DNA of 64,000 nucleotides from Psammoneis japonica (taxonomy: Eukaryota): NCBI GenBank assembly GCA_008632985.1, contig QPGO01000086.1, forward strand, positions 186,001 through 250,000. The letters run 5' to 3'. The notes under the pieces are model-generated. The model made no database searches. It was given only the letters and a program-made list of their open reading frames with translations, and was not told where the DNA came from. This document shows positions 21,500 to 34,205 of this stretch, one piece after another (position 1 is the first letter of the stretch; every line of letters starts with the position of its first letter). The position numbers and the translations under genes were made by a program.

Positions 21500-24300
21500 C
21501 ACACACACAGCACACAAACTGCATCATGGCAGGGGCACTCAACAACTGGCCAAGATTGGTGTCACCCTCAGGTGATGCCCCACTGAAATGACTGGCAGTG
21601 GCATGCATGCTGTTGCAGCAAAGTGTCAAGCACCATGCTGATGCTTGACTTGACTGTGCAGTTCATGTGTGCAGAGTGAGCAAGATGTTCATCCGCAAAA
21701 TCCAACAAAAGCTCCCTGCCCTTTGCAAAGCCCACGCTGACGCAGGAGCAAAAAGCCTTGACTTCAGCTTTGGCACTCTGGTGTTGAGATGATTTTGCCA
21801 AGTTTCAGAGTCATGTGACCATGAGTGCAGTCATTGTGGAAATCCCAAAGTTCCTGCCATTGCCGCCCAATCCAGCCATTTCCCACTCAACAAAAGGCTG
21901 TGATGCAGTCTGCTGGCCAGAAGATGTGGCATCTGGATTTTGTCCCACAAGGAAGAGAAGTGACTTCTGAACAAATGGTGCCACCCAATGTTGCCATGAG
22001 AATGAAATGCCTTGACAAGGACACTTTGATGAATCTTGTCCAGGTGGAAAACTTCTTCACAAAACCACCAGAACACAAGAGCAGACAAGAGCAAGTCATG
22101 ATCATGCAGGGAAGGAGGTGTGTGGTGTGTGCATCAATGTTGTCACATTTCTTGCACAGGTGCCTTCCAACACCAGGCTCATCATTGTGTGGGGGCATCA
22201 AAGAATGTGGCCCCCATCTTCCATTGGGTTCTGACAGTGGATGCAGCAATTGTGGGTTGCAGCGGTGAGTGACTTTTTGTTTGTTCGCAACAAATCCTGA
22301 GTGAGCTTGACAGTGCTGATTTTCCTGCACACAATGTGTGACATCAACTTGGAGTGCACACTGTCCAGTTGATCAAAAAAAAAACCACATCAGATCTGCT
22401 GCACTTTTCTTGCATGCGCACTGCTGCAAGACAGAGCCCCAGAGGAGGGCTCTCTTCATCATCAGGTGAGGGACATGCAGCAAGGAATTTAGAGACATTC
22501 TAGACCAACAAGGAACTTTCACAAATGCAAATCTGCCCAACACAGAAAAGCCCCCTTTGGCAAAACTCTGTCAATTGAAAAAAAAACAAAGAAAGGAGAG
22601 AAGGCCACAAGCTTCAGCTTGATGTGGGGTGAATGTTGGAAGCTGAGCACAAGCCCAGTGGAGTCAACAAATGGCAAGACATTGACAGTGAGAGTCCTTC
22701 CAAAAGCACCATGAAAGTGAATGATTGAAACATTGCCACCTGCCACAGCTGGCAAAGACACCAAAGATTCTGCCATTTTGGCAAAGACCAGCACTCACAA
22801 GGTGAGAGATCAGCAGATGAGGAAAACTCCCACTCAGGCAAGGATGATGGAATTGCGTGTGAAAACAATCAAGAGTGGGAGGGCTGGATGGCAAAAAAAG
22901 GCTGTTGCACAAAAGGGCCAAATGTGACAATGGCTGTCATGTGCAGCATTTTCCACAGCTGGAGATGCCAGTGGAGAGAGAGGTCTGGAGCTGACTCCAG
23001 GTTGCTCACAGAGTCCACTGTGCCATCAGCCAGAGGAGAGTGTGCACCAAATCCCACAGCTGACCCAACACATGAAAGCTCTTCTGATGACTCACAACAA
23101 TGCACAGAGAAAGACACACACATGTCATTGGCAGCAGACACAGCCCACTGACCCAGTGGTTGCTGCAATTTCAAGGCATCATCCTTGCAAAATGGAGACA
23201 CATCATGTTTCTCAAATGGGTTCCCTGGCCTGTGTCACACTCTTGGACAGAGGTTTGGTCATCTCCACTCTCTTGTCCAAAAATGGCACCAATGGTGCCC
23301 TCCACTCCTTTCAACTCCCATCTCAGAAAATGTTGTTTCACTTGCTGGTGGTGGTGTGTGCACCCAGCAACACTCCAAAAGTCAATGTGATCCTTTGATC
23401 CTTTGTCATCCCCACACACAATTTCATGGGTGGCTTCGCTTCTAAACCTGCACCACTCAACACTCTCATTGCAAAAATCACATCATCCTGAGCAAGTGAA
23501 CAAGTTCTTGCACAGAATGATCCCATGCATCTGTTGCATGCAGCACTGCAGCCAGCATTGTCTTGTGCTGCATCAAGGAGAGTGCCCACTCCATGCGCAA
23601 AAACACATGTTCAGAGCCACTCTTGCCTGCAATCTCAAACAAATGGCTCTTGCTGCTGCCCCACTTTGTGCTCACCTTAAAACACAGTTGACAATTTGGA
23701 GTCACCCCCATGCAGCACTTCAACACAGGCTTGAGTCCCTCATGATGCACTGCTGCTGCTCCCAATGTAGATGACCTTGATGACTTCCCCACAGAACTCA
23801 ATTGTTCTGGTCACATTTGGCTCATCACACCCAGCAGTTCACCAAGAGCAACATTTCTTTTGTTCAGCCTTGCTCAACAGGTTTGTCCATGCTTTGCTGT
23901 TCACAAGAAGTGTTGTCTCACCTGTGCAGCTGCTGGGATGCTCAGCACCTTTCCTTCTGTGGCACAAATCAAATGCATCTTCAAAGCTCTGAGTCACAGC
24001 TGTTGGAGTCAGCTTTGTGCTGCCATTTTTTCAATCAACAACAACCTTGCACCCAGCATTTTTTTGAGTTCTCTGATTTCACCACAGTCAAACAAATTTG
24101 TCATTTGCTTCTCAACTTCTTGAGTGCACTGTGTTTTGGTTCACAAATGTGAGGCAACCTTCTTGTCAGCCCAAGTCAACCACAATGCGCCAACAAACCA
24201 TTTGAATTGCAAACAAGGACCAGCCTTGCTTCTTTTGTGTTTCATCTTCTTGAGCATGGCTGGGTTGATTTGAACAAGCTGCTGTTGCATTGGTGCACAC
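21500..24300 (-). mobile_element. Heavily mutated non-LTR retrotransposon (LINE) 3' relic; limits approximate
   Basis: Minus strand 22245-22189 reads CIHCQNPMEDGGHIL*CPH (CCHC knuckle with CGA->TGA), preceded by LINW..VKL..DLL and followed by IGWHHLFRSHFSSLW. Confidence 0.6.
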
Positions 24301-25755
24301 ATGGGCAGGTGTGTTCTGCGACATGCAAAATCAAATGAAGAATGGTGTCACACAGTCACCTTGGAGGTTGTGGTTGCACCCCACCAATCCCCCCCCCCCC
24401 CCCTGGGACAGTTCTTCCGATGGAGGCCATGACAACACTGCACTCGGAGTGTCAGATTCATGCCCTCTTTCAGAGTTCAAGCAGGTGGCAACTCTTTGGG
24501 CTGGGTGGCGAAGATCATCCTTGCTTGCAGCTGCTCACCACACCAAGAAAGCTTGCAAAATGCAAGAACACTGGTGTCTCTCACAGGGTTCATCCTCATT
24601 GCTGGAGGAGGTCTGCGATTGATCTGCAGATGGTTGAGGACTAGTGTGGGGAGTTGTTGATGTGCACAGAGCTGAGTTCACACTGGAGGACGAAGTCGGG
24701 CATTGTTTGGTCATCATGGTGTGGTCAGGTTGCTGTTTGCTGCTGCCTCCAGCAAAAGAAATTCTCTGCCGTGTGATGACCGTCGTCCGGTGATTTGTAA
24801 GTTGTAAGCGGCACAAAAACGAAGCACCATACGCACCACCATGGCGTGCGAGACCCAGCACTCTACTACGGTACTCCGTAACTATGAAGAGTTGGCTCAT
24901 AATACGTTGTGACCTTGTTCTATACACTATGAAGTACATTGTCATTGCTTGGAATTTTGATTTAAGGCGAAGGATTATCATGAGTATTACAACCAAAGTG
25001 ACGAATGATTTGCAAGTCGAAATTTCGATCTCGTACACAACCGAGCTCCAGTCGAAGTTGTTGAAGCCAAATTAGAATGAAACCAAGTCGTTATCAAAGG
25101 TTTATCCGGATATGTCAAAGTTGGGGGCTTCTGTGGCGCTTCCCAAGTCAGTTATTGGATGATCCAGCAACTTCAGAATCGTTGATAGAAAAATCACCAT
25201 GTTTCGCTCGGGAAGCAGCACCAAGATTTCGAGCGGCAGAAATTCAAGAATGAACAGCGTTGGGAGAGGGAAGAATACAAGAAAATTCTCGAGTACTTCA
25301 CATTATGGACCTTTTGAAAACCACTTTCAGAAAGATGCGCAAAAAACGCCCAACATGGCGAGTGCCGCCGACGCGCCAACAACCGTTGTATATTTTCCAA
25401 TGCCGCTAACAGACTACGTGACTCTTTCATCTACCGGTAAGAACACGAGGGCAGCTTCAATGTTGTCACAGAATGTCACACCCGGCAGTTCTTTGAGTTT
25501 TTCTCTCGGTCAAGCCGGGCCACACTCGATAGTGGTCTTGAAACCCTTCGTTCGAAAATAAAGTCACGCATTGTGAGAATGAAATCCACACATCTGTTTA
25601 AAGCTTTTCTGAGCCGGGTTGTACCGGAAAACATGGATTGTGTGTCTCTTGCTGCTCGCCCGGTCCGTCGCATTGCGAGGCGGCGACTCGATGTTGTGCT
25701 GCGCGGCATGCAACAACAGCGAAACGACTGAATTTACCGTATGATGCGCTTGGAC

Positions 25756-26552
25756 CAAGACCGCTCCGTGACACGCGAGAAATCAGCAACATCGTTGCAT
25801 TCAGAGGTGCCATTGGAGGAATGGGGTTCTGTTTTGCACTTTTATACAATGAGCGCGCTGCCTCTTGGCTGTGCCATTGCGACTCTGTCCTTGTATCCCA
25901 TTGCAACCATTTTCTTTGGAAGATCCATCAAGTTGCTTCATGTGATTGCGGCGACTGCCAGTGTCGTTGGAACAACATTGATTGCAAATCCATCATTTTT
26001 GTTTGGCCCACAAGAACAAGATAATAATATCGACGTGAATCCAATTGGATACATGACGGGTGTTTTGGGTGGGCGCGCGCTTTGCCTCCGGTGTCGTGAC
26101 GCTCATTTGGAAGGCATGCATGCTAGCCTGTTCTTTGGATTGCTCCCGAGTGCTGTGTTGAGCAACAATGACAATTCATCACGGCAATGGCCAAACAACT
26201 GTGGGTTGTATGTTTTCTCCACCTGCACAATTGGAGCAGCGCCACACTTCATGCTCAATTGCGCCGGACGCTTGACGCCCGTCAGCTTGGCAGCTATTGC
26301 ACGTTCCAGCGACATTCTATATGGGCCCATCTGTCTCAGGTTTGGGTCTTTGATGTAATTCCTACTAGCAAATCATGCGTGGGCGTTTTGCATTCAACGA
26401 CGAGGTTTACAATAAGAAAGCAGTAAAAATGTGCCGGTTGGAGTTGCGAACATACTAACCCGAGTTTTCAACGAGGAGAATTGTCAAGACGAAACAAGTA
26501 GAGAGTTGGGCGGTGCAAGGGGCAAGAGAATCAACGGCTCAGTGCAGTACGA
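25756..26552 (+). pseudogene. 5'-truncated, frameshifted copy of the EamA transporter
   Basis: Aligns to 17571-18463 with deletions and frameshifts. Confidence 0.9.
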
Positions 26553-26864
26553 AACGGTCTCACGGCGACACTGTGACATACCTTGTCAGCACGCATACTC
26601 AACTGCCCATCAGGCCAGGTCATTCTTCCCATGCCAAGAGCGAATAAGGAGGGATGAGGATAGATTATGGGGTGGGCGAACTACTGTGGAAGTCACTCTG
26701 CTACACTCTTTGCATGTTCAATTGAGCCACGAGGAGTTTCAGAATGTGTTTACGTTTATCTATGACAGGAGGTTAGTTCACCCAGTGTTGTCTTCCAACT
26801 CCATCGCAACGGTTACATCTAACTCTGTCCTTTCCTAATCTAACTTTCAAGTCGATATCTGTGG

Positions 26865-27539
26865 CTAATCGTCTGGCTCATCGTCATCGACCTCATCTTC
26901 CGGCTCTTCCAACAACAACTCATCGTCGTCGAAGTCATCTTCCGACTCTTCCAACAATAATTCATCTACTAACTCATCGTCGACTTGGTCCGCCTCCTGT
27001 TTTCCTTCTAGATCCTTATCTGTCTGTGATTCACCAAGCCTTCGACCAGGGCATCTCAGTGTGAATTCTTGAATGGTGAATCTTGTACTCCTCCTGCTAG
27101 TCGAACCGCCGCAGCCCTTGTTTCCCCAGACCTCTCCATAGACCGTCATGCTCACAACTTGTCCGGGGTCATTCCATGGGCAGACGGCTCCAGTAGCAAT
27201 GTCGCGAAAGTGACGATCAGGGTAGCCGGAGAAAGAACCCCCTCTACACTTGACCGGTGGATGGTTCCCATTGTTTGTAGTGACGGAATGCTTCATGCAA
27301 TCTCTTGCTTTGCGGTACGCTCGTTCCCTAATCGTATTGGGAAAGTAACCGCCTCCCGAGCCCGTTGCCTTGAATTCAAAGGGCCGCACGTTATGGCTGC
27401 CATAGGCTGTGGATACGGTAAGACGGTATGCCGCTTTGCAGGAGCGCCTGTATGTCTTGGCGGTGCACGTAATGACGAGCAGCGTGGAGAGCAACAATCG
27501 TAGGCATGAGATCCAGTTTAGGAATAGTCCAGTCTTCAT
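26865..27539 (-). CDS. Secreted Cys-rich cationic protein with RRL site and acidic tail (copy 2)
   Basis: Intact ORF; conserved SCKAAYRLTVSTAYGS, PNTIRERAYR, VYGEVWG, RRLGE. Confidence 0.8.
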   Translation of the reverse strand: MKTGLFLNWISCLRLLLSTLLVITCTAKTYRRSCKAAYRLTVSTAYGSHNVRPFEFKATGSGGGYFPNTIRERAYRKARDCMKHSVTTNNGNHPPVKCRGGSFSGYPDRHFRDIATGAVCPWNDPGQVVSMTVYGEVWGNKGCGGSTSRRSTRFTIQEFTLRCPGRRLGESQTDKDLEGKQEADQVDDELVDELLLEESEDDFDDDELLLEEPEDEVDDDEPDD

Positions 27540-28429
27540 CGTCCTGTCTCTTTTAAGTCAAACTTGAGTTAAACTTTGTTACATCTGTTGGATGTGTGTT
27601 TTTGCAATTTATGAGCTCTACAAATTGTCGAAATGCAATTGTGCATCGCGTTTGCTGCTTTTTTACTCTTATATTTCACATCAAGAGTCGACTCAAAGTC
27701 GCGATCGCGACTTTGTAGCCCCATTCGATCCAATGATGGGATAAACATACATGAAAACAAGGAGCTCCAAAGTTCTGTCGATCTGCGTCGTGCATGTTAT
27801 TGGTTTGAGTCTCATAATGTTTTGCATCGCGAGTTGACTCAAAGTCGCACGAAGCGTCATTTGCGGTGATTTAATTGTTGAAGATACTCAAAGTAGCGAA
27901 TGCGATATGAAACGAAATAGAATCGCGGCTCTTTTAAAAGCGATGCTAACCATGATTTAGAAGTCGCGATCTTGTGTTTTTTGTAACTCTTGTATTTCAC
28001 ATCTAGATTTGACTCAAAGTCGCGATCGCGACTCCTTGACTCCAATCGCGCCAACATTGGGATGCACATGCATGAAAACAAATAGCACTACATCTGTGTC
28101 GCGTGCGTTATTTGTTTGAGTCTTACACATTTTGCATCGCAAATTGACTCAAGGTCGCATGAAGCGGTTGCTGAATATAGATTGCCATACACTGCCTCCC
28201 GATCGCGATATGAAACGAAGCAGAATCGGACCTACTTTGAAAGCGATGCTTACCATGCTATTAGCTGATCGCGATCGCGACATGAAATAATGGAAAATCA
28301 AAATTGTGAGACGGCCGGCAGACGGCATTTTGTGTCTTGTGTCGGTCGCAGTTCGCGCGGTTCTCGTCGTGCGGGACTCGTCAGGTCATTAAGTCCCGAC
28401 CAAGCAAGACGGCCCATGGGGATTTGCAA

Positions 28430-31400
28430 GGCATGCAAGCAAGGAATGCGCGACGCAAATGGCAATGCGGCAAATGGCAAACCGGGATCTTTTCAGAAGT
28501 GTTTGGTGTGGTGTGGTTAGCAGCAAGGACAAACCTGTGGAAGATCGGACAGATGTGAATGACCACCAAGTTGATTTTGAGAATGGGGGGGGGGGCCACC
28601 AAGAAAAAGAAAACAAGGGTGTCGTCCATGTGCAAAAGAGCAAACCCAGCACGGGTCTTGCTGTCTTCCCTTTTCAGTTTTCAAGGTTTACCTCCTCCAC
28701 CCCCATCTTTGCACACACACTTGCACTGTCAGCACATGCTGTGGATGTGAGATGAGATCATGACAAGAAATTGAAGCCAGGAGCTTTTGATTTGATGATG
28801 GGCTGTGTTTTGCGGGGGGGGGAGGCTGGCGGTCTGCTGCTGGGGGCAGCAGCACACGTGCAAGATGAATGGCTGCTGGTCAGATCTCTTGGGAGGCCAG
28901 GAAACCCATGAAATGCATCACACTTTCAGTTTGTCCAGCGGCAGCACTTGAAAGCTGGCGCGCCTCAAGCTTTGATGAATGGCTGGGTCAAGAGCGGGGG
29001 CTGTGTGGCCTGTGATGTGCTGTTCTTCAAACTCCTCTGGCGTGCCAGTGGCACTCCTTGCACTGGAAATTGTGCAGTCATGCAAACAGGGAGAGAGGCA
29101 CAGAAGCAGACATCACTCTGCACGCACAACTTGGTTCAAGTCCAAACTTTCTTTGTCTTCCCATGAGCTGCAGAGCACCTCAGCACCAAGTTTGGCCTTC
29201 AAGTGTGTGGGGCTTGTTTGAACGGCTGGAGTTGGGAGTTGTCAAGGTGCTGTGAGATTTCACACCAACCATCATTGGGACAAGCCTGGCTGCACTGCAT
29301 CACCATCTGAGGTGGTTGGAAATGACAAATGATGCAGCGCTTGTCTCTTTTGTTGGAAACCTGCGCAATGGATCCCTTCTGTCAGCTGGTGCTTGATCAG
29401 CTGAAAGGGGGCCATGTCCAGATTGACACACTTTGCATGGACCAGCTTTCATGGATTCAGAGAAAAGGCAGCGAGAGTCACTCACACAACATGGTCTCCA
29501 AAAATGAACTGGGCCCCCCTTCTTGTGCATTGTGAAACCCTTTCAATGAGTTTGGGCTGCATGAGAGGTTTTCTGCTCCACAACCATGAGTGCAGAGGAC
29601 ATTCAAGTTCCACTCAGTGAGAAAGAGAAGCAAAATTTGGTCAATCAACAGTCTTTGTCTGAAGCTCTGGGCACACATGTGCACCAAGCAAGAAAGACCT
29701 GAGACACACCCTTGACAATGCTTGGTGTCATTGCCTCAAGAAATGGAGGAGGAGCTGTTGACAGCATCAATTGCCAAGTTGTTGAGTGACTGCATGAACA
29801 GCTTCTAGAGTTCATGAAGGCTCAGCCAGATGCACAATTCACCCCCCTTCAAGAGGAAGTGTGGCTGATCTTTTCTTGTGCCAAGGTGGCATCAGTGTGC
29901 AATTCCTTGAAGAGCACATGCAACCCTCACTTGGCAGAGCAGCTCCATGAGTGCACAGCTGAAGAAATGTCCAGCAAATTTGCAGACCCATGTTCATTGT
30001 GACAGTGAGAACCTGGAACACTTCAGGAGCAGTGCAAGTCATCACAAGCAGACTGCAGAGAAAAAGACAGAAGGATGATCCCAGCACTGCATCTTTTTGA
30101 TGAATCCTTGTTTGAGTCCACTGACCCAAACCTTTCACTTGCTTTGCATTGTTGAGCTGTTTTTGAAGGCAGAGAGACAGTGTGAGAATGTGAGAAGGAC
30201 TTCTCCAAGAACCAGGAATCTGCTTTTTTTGCCATCCTGTCAAATCAAAAACTCTGTCAAAAGCAGAGGCCATCACACTCGCCATTGTTTGCAAGTGGCA
30301 AGATTGGGTTGCAGCCAGAGCCACCATGGACACACCAACGAATTTCAGCTGATGATGTTGTCTGCTGCCTGTTGTGAGATGATGCCGACATGCTGCTTCA
30401 GGAGGAAAAAAACTTTGAGTTAAAAGAGGCAAAAAAAGTGCAGAGCTGCACAAGGAGGTGACCCTGGCTGTCTGCAAGATTGCTCTGAGCACCATGATCT
30501 TGCTGGAAGTGAGAAAGTTCACTCTGTTGTGCTGCTGAGATGATGGCAAAAGCAGCTCCTCCACTGTGCTTGGAAGGACCAAGCACAGCTCAGCATGGAT
30601 CTGGCCAGAGCTCTTGACAAATGCAGAAAAGAAGGGTGTTGGCTCTTTAAACTGTTGACTGTCTGCAGCACGAACTTGTCAGAGCAATCTTGAGCCCAGG
30701 CCACAAATGTCCAGCCAAGATTTTTGACCAAACTGCCCAGACTTGTAAAAAAGTCTTGGAGCACATTTGCTGGAGCTTGAAGCCCCTTAGAATGTGGGCA
30801 AGTGGGTGCTCACTGCAGCCCACAGCAGCCTCAGCAAATTCCTTGCTGTCTGCAGCAGAGCACTTTGGGCTGCATTGCCCACCCAATGCACTCATGATGG
30901 AAGACCAGTGTCCTCTCCACTTCCAAGCAAATTGACATGTGACAATGAGTCAGACAAGAAGAGCATGCAAAAAACAAACCACTGCCCATGTCTGCCATGA
31001 GAAGAGTTGTGAGGAATGTCAGCGGAAATCTTCTTGGAAATGATCAGCGCAGCACACAAGCCAAGCAAGCAGATGCAAGAAACTCTTGCAAAGCCCACCT
31101 GAGATGGCAGAACAAGAGACCACAAAGCAAACTCAGCACTCCAGAGCAGTGTGGATTGTGATCCTCTGCTGCTCTCTTGCTTCCTGGCATGTTCTGCCTG
31201 CCTGGTGCTCCAGCTTCAATGGCCGCCCCATCTTTCCCAGCAGCAGCCAAGGCAGCATCCTGTGCATTTTTGCAAGTTCCCAAAAGAAGAAGAAGAAGAA
31301 GAAAAAGCAACCAGGGCAACACTCCTCATTGCATCTGTCGCTGATGCAGCTGCGGCTTTTTTCAAATGTGCGCGGCAACAGATGGCTTGGCAGGTGGTGT

Positions 31401-31530
31401 GTGGTGTCATGATTTCACGATTTTCCCACACAGCAGGCACCCCTCAGTCTTGCCCAGAGAGGCTCTTGATGTTGTGGCCATGACTGAAGAACTGAACAAA
31501 TCAAAACAAATCATGTCCAAGCGTCGACTG
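28430..31530. other. TpA- and CpG-depleted block; decayed repeat of unidentified family
   Basis: Only a handful of TA in about 3 kb; ORFs are Cys/His/Met-rich noise. Confidence 0.7.
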
Positions 31531-32085
31531 CCTTGCCACATGCTAGCAACAGAAGATGACAAATGATGAGAGCGAAGAAGAATAGAGCGACATTGCGCCT
31601 GCCGATTGTCGGAGGGAAGTTCCGGGTTTTATTCCGGAGAATAATTCGTCGGAGCTACAAACATACCATGTTCAACGGCAGATACTTCGTACGTAGCTCA
31701 CAATATAATTTCTACGTAACTTCACCGCCGTGACATTTCTCCAACAGTTACGTTCGTCACCCGTAAATGGTATCTACATCGATGAATAAAACGCCATCTG
31801 TTGCAGCCATCCGTTAACAAGAAATTCAATAGCTTATTTATGGGAATAGAAAAAAGAAAACAATTTGCGTACTCGTGAAAATCACGTAGAATTCTACGTG
31901 CGTTGAATGGTGTCTTTTTCCTCGCACGTACAAATCTACACAATTCAATACCGGCAGCAAAAGGAGACACTCGCAAACAAACGCCGCAAGTCATCACAAC
32001 CCATCCGTTTTGACGCTGATATTCTGCCGCTCTCTCTCTGTTCCAACTCATCCACACTCCTATCCTACTCGTTACTGCATTCACC

Positions 32086-33383
32086 ATGTGTGTTACCAAT
32101 ACGGTCAATCGCCGCAGTGCTGTGAAGCTGCCGGCGGCATCGCTGTCGTCGTCAACGACAACAACAACAGCACCGTCCATGTTGTCTCAGCGATTGTTTA
32201 CTTCACTACCAGAATACGTAGAATCCTACGCAGCACCGAAAGCATCCACGGCTGCCATGAACAACAACAACCCCTCTGCCATGATGACGACTGTCGCTCC
32301 TTGTCCTCCCATGGTGGTGTCCTCTTCATCGGATTCGGAACACTCCTATCCACAGTTGGCCCCCGCCCCTTCGTCTCAAGTTGCCAAACGCAAGAGAAAA
32401 CGCAAACGCAAGCCTCAATTGCCCGGCAAGACGGCCAAGATGAATGATCGTCACTTTGTGGTTCACAATTACCACGATCACGCGTTGGATGTTGATGTCG
32501 TGGAGAATCAAAAGCGCCGCGGGGGTGTCGCCACGGCGTTTCCACTCAAGTTGCACGCCATGCTGGCCAAGATTGAAGAGGACGGATTGGCCCACGTGGT
32601 TTCGTGGCAACCGCACGGACGGTGCTTTGTGGTGCATCAACCCAAGGTCTTTTGTGAGTTGGTGATGCCCAAGTATTTCAAACAAACGAGGCTTACGTCG
32701 TTTCAGCGACAATTGAATCTATATGGTAAGAGTTGTATGTTTGTTTTGTGTTGTTTGTGTGTCTTTAAGTTGCTCGTTCTTCTGTATGCTTACAGACGCT
32801 CTCTCTATCTCTATTCTTCTCTCTACTAGGTTTCAATCGCATCACCAAGGGACGTGACAATGGTGGTTATTACCACGAATTGTTTCTCCGAGGAAAGGAG
32901 TTTCTTAGCAAGCGCATGACGCGCACCAAGGTCAAGGGCACCAAGTTCAAGGCGGCGTCTTCTCCCGACTCGGAGCCGGACTTTTACCAAATGCCCTTTG
33001 TGCAGCAACAACAGCCGGTAGTCAAGTATGAAGAGCAGCCACAAGAGCAGCCGGTTGTCTATCCAGAGGCCCCGTCCTTTGCCTTTGAGGCACCGCGCGA
33101 GGTTAGGTACGAACAGCCTCCCGCGGCACTCGCTCCGGTTCAACCCGTCTACCAAACAACGACGTTTGAGCAGCCACAAGTATCCTCCAGCAGCAACAGC
33201 GACACATCGGACGAGGACGATGATGCCAATTTGATGATTGACTTTGTCAATATGTGGGACGCACCCACGGAAGTTCCAACCAGACTGGAACAAGAATTGG
33301 CAGACTTTGAATTGCCCGATGGATGCATGATTGAGAACGATGCTCAATTGGGGGAACTCTTGGAAGCGCTCTTGGAAGAGTAA
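32086..33383 (+). CDS. Heat shock factor (HSF) family transcription factor, intron 32726-32829
   Basis: FPLKLHAML...VSWQPHGRCF...LTSFQRQLNLYG|FNRITKGRDNGGYYHELFLRG; GTAAG...CTAG intron. Confidence 0.93.
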
Positions 33384-34205
33384 ATTTTAGTTTTTTTTAG
33401 AAAAAATGAAATACATATATTATAAGAAACAATTTGAAACTACATAAGTCTACTAGCTTATGGAAGCGTCTACTACCACTGTAGATCAAAACTACACCTG
33501 CCCTCTACAGCAGTAGCAGATAGGTACAAAAGCAAACGTGGAGCTGTTGTTTGAATGCTACGCTCTATAGAGATGGTCGTCAAAAGACAAACCATGTTCT
33601 ACGCAATGCAGATTTGCGTCCCTATTAAAACTACAATACGGTAGAGAGAAGCGATTGAAACTAGAGATCACTTTGGACACGCGTCAATCAAACTCACGAA
33701 GCTAGAGAGAACTCTCCAGAGAGAAACACTAGCACTGCGAACGATTGCCAAGGAAATCGCAAAAACAAGAACTAGAGATAGAGAGAGAGTCTCCTTTCTC
33801 AACTCGTCAGGCCTTTAGACTTTTGCCGCATTGCGGAGAAACTTGGGTCCCGAGTTCAGTCTTGTCAAAGCGAAACCCGCGTGCGACATTTTTGTCAGGG
33901 AGAATCCCGTAGGAAATTTTTAGTATTCGATCATGTAGGAGATAGAGAATACAAATGTATCTGTCTTTGAATGTCTATATTGATCATACTCGACTCAAAT
34001 AATAATAAACATATTCAAACTCGAACATCTCTTCTCCAAATTTTTCAATCGAGAACGACAGTTATTTGATCGAGAACCCTGATTTTGAACCACGCCAGCT
34101 CAAGCTTGCGTAGCGGCAATAACAGGGCCTACGGTGTGGCGCCACACCATCAGTCTCAACGCACAAGCGAACAGCGAACCCCAAGAGCGAATACCTGCTT
34201 CCAAG

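Larger units (their letters stand above)
25756..28412 (+). repeat. Local segmental duplication of about 17571-20010 (EamA 3' part, secreted protein gene, promoter copy C)
   Basis: Continuous colinear similarity including intergenic DNA. Confidence 0.9.

Noticed and set aside
24780..25560. ORFs 24535-25038 and 25199-25561 as genes
   Set aside because: No recognisable motifs or splice structure; cannot be supported from sequence alone
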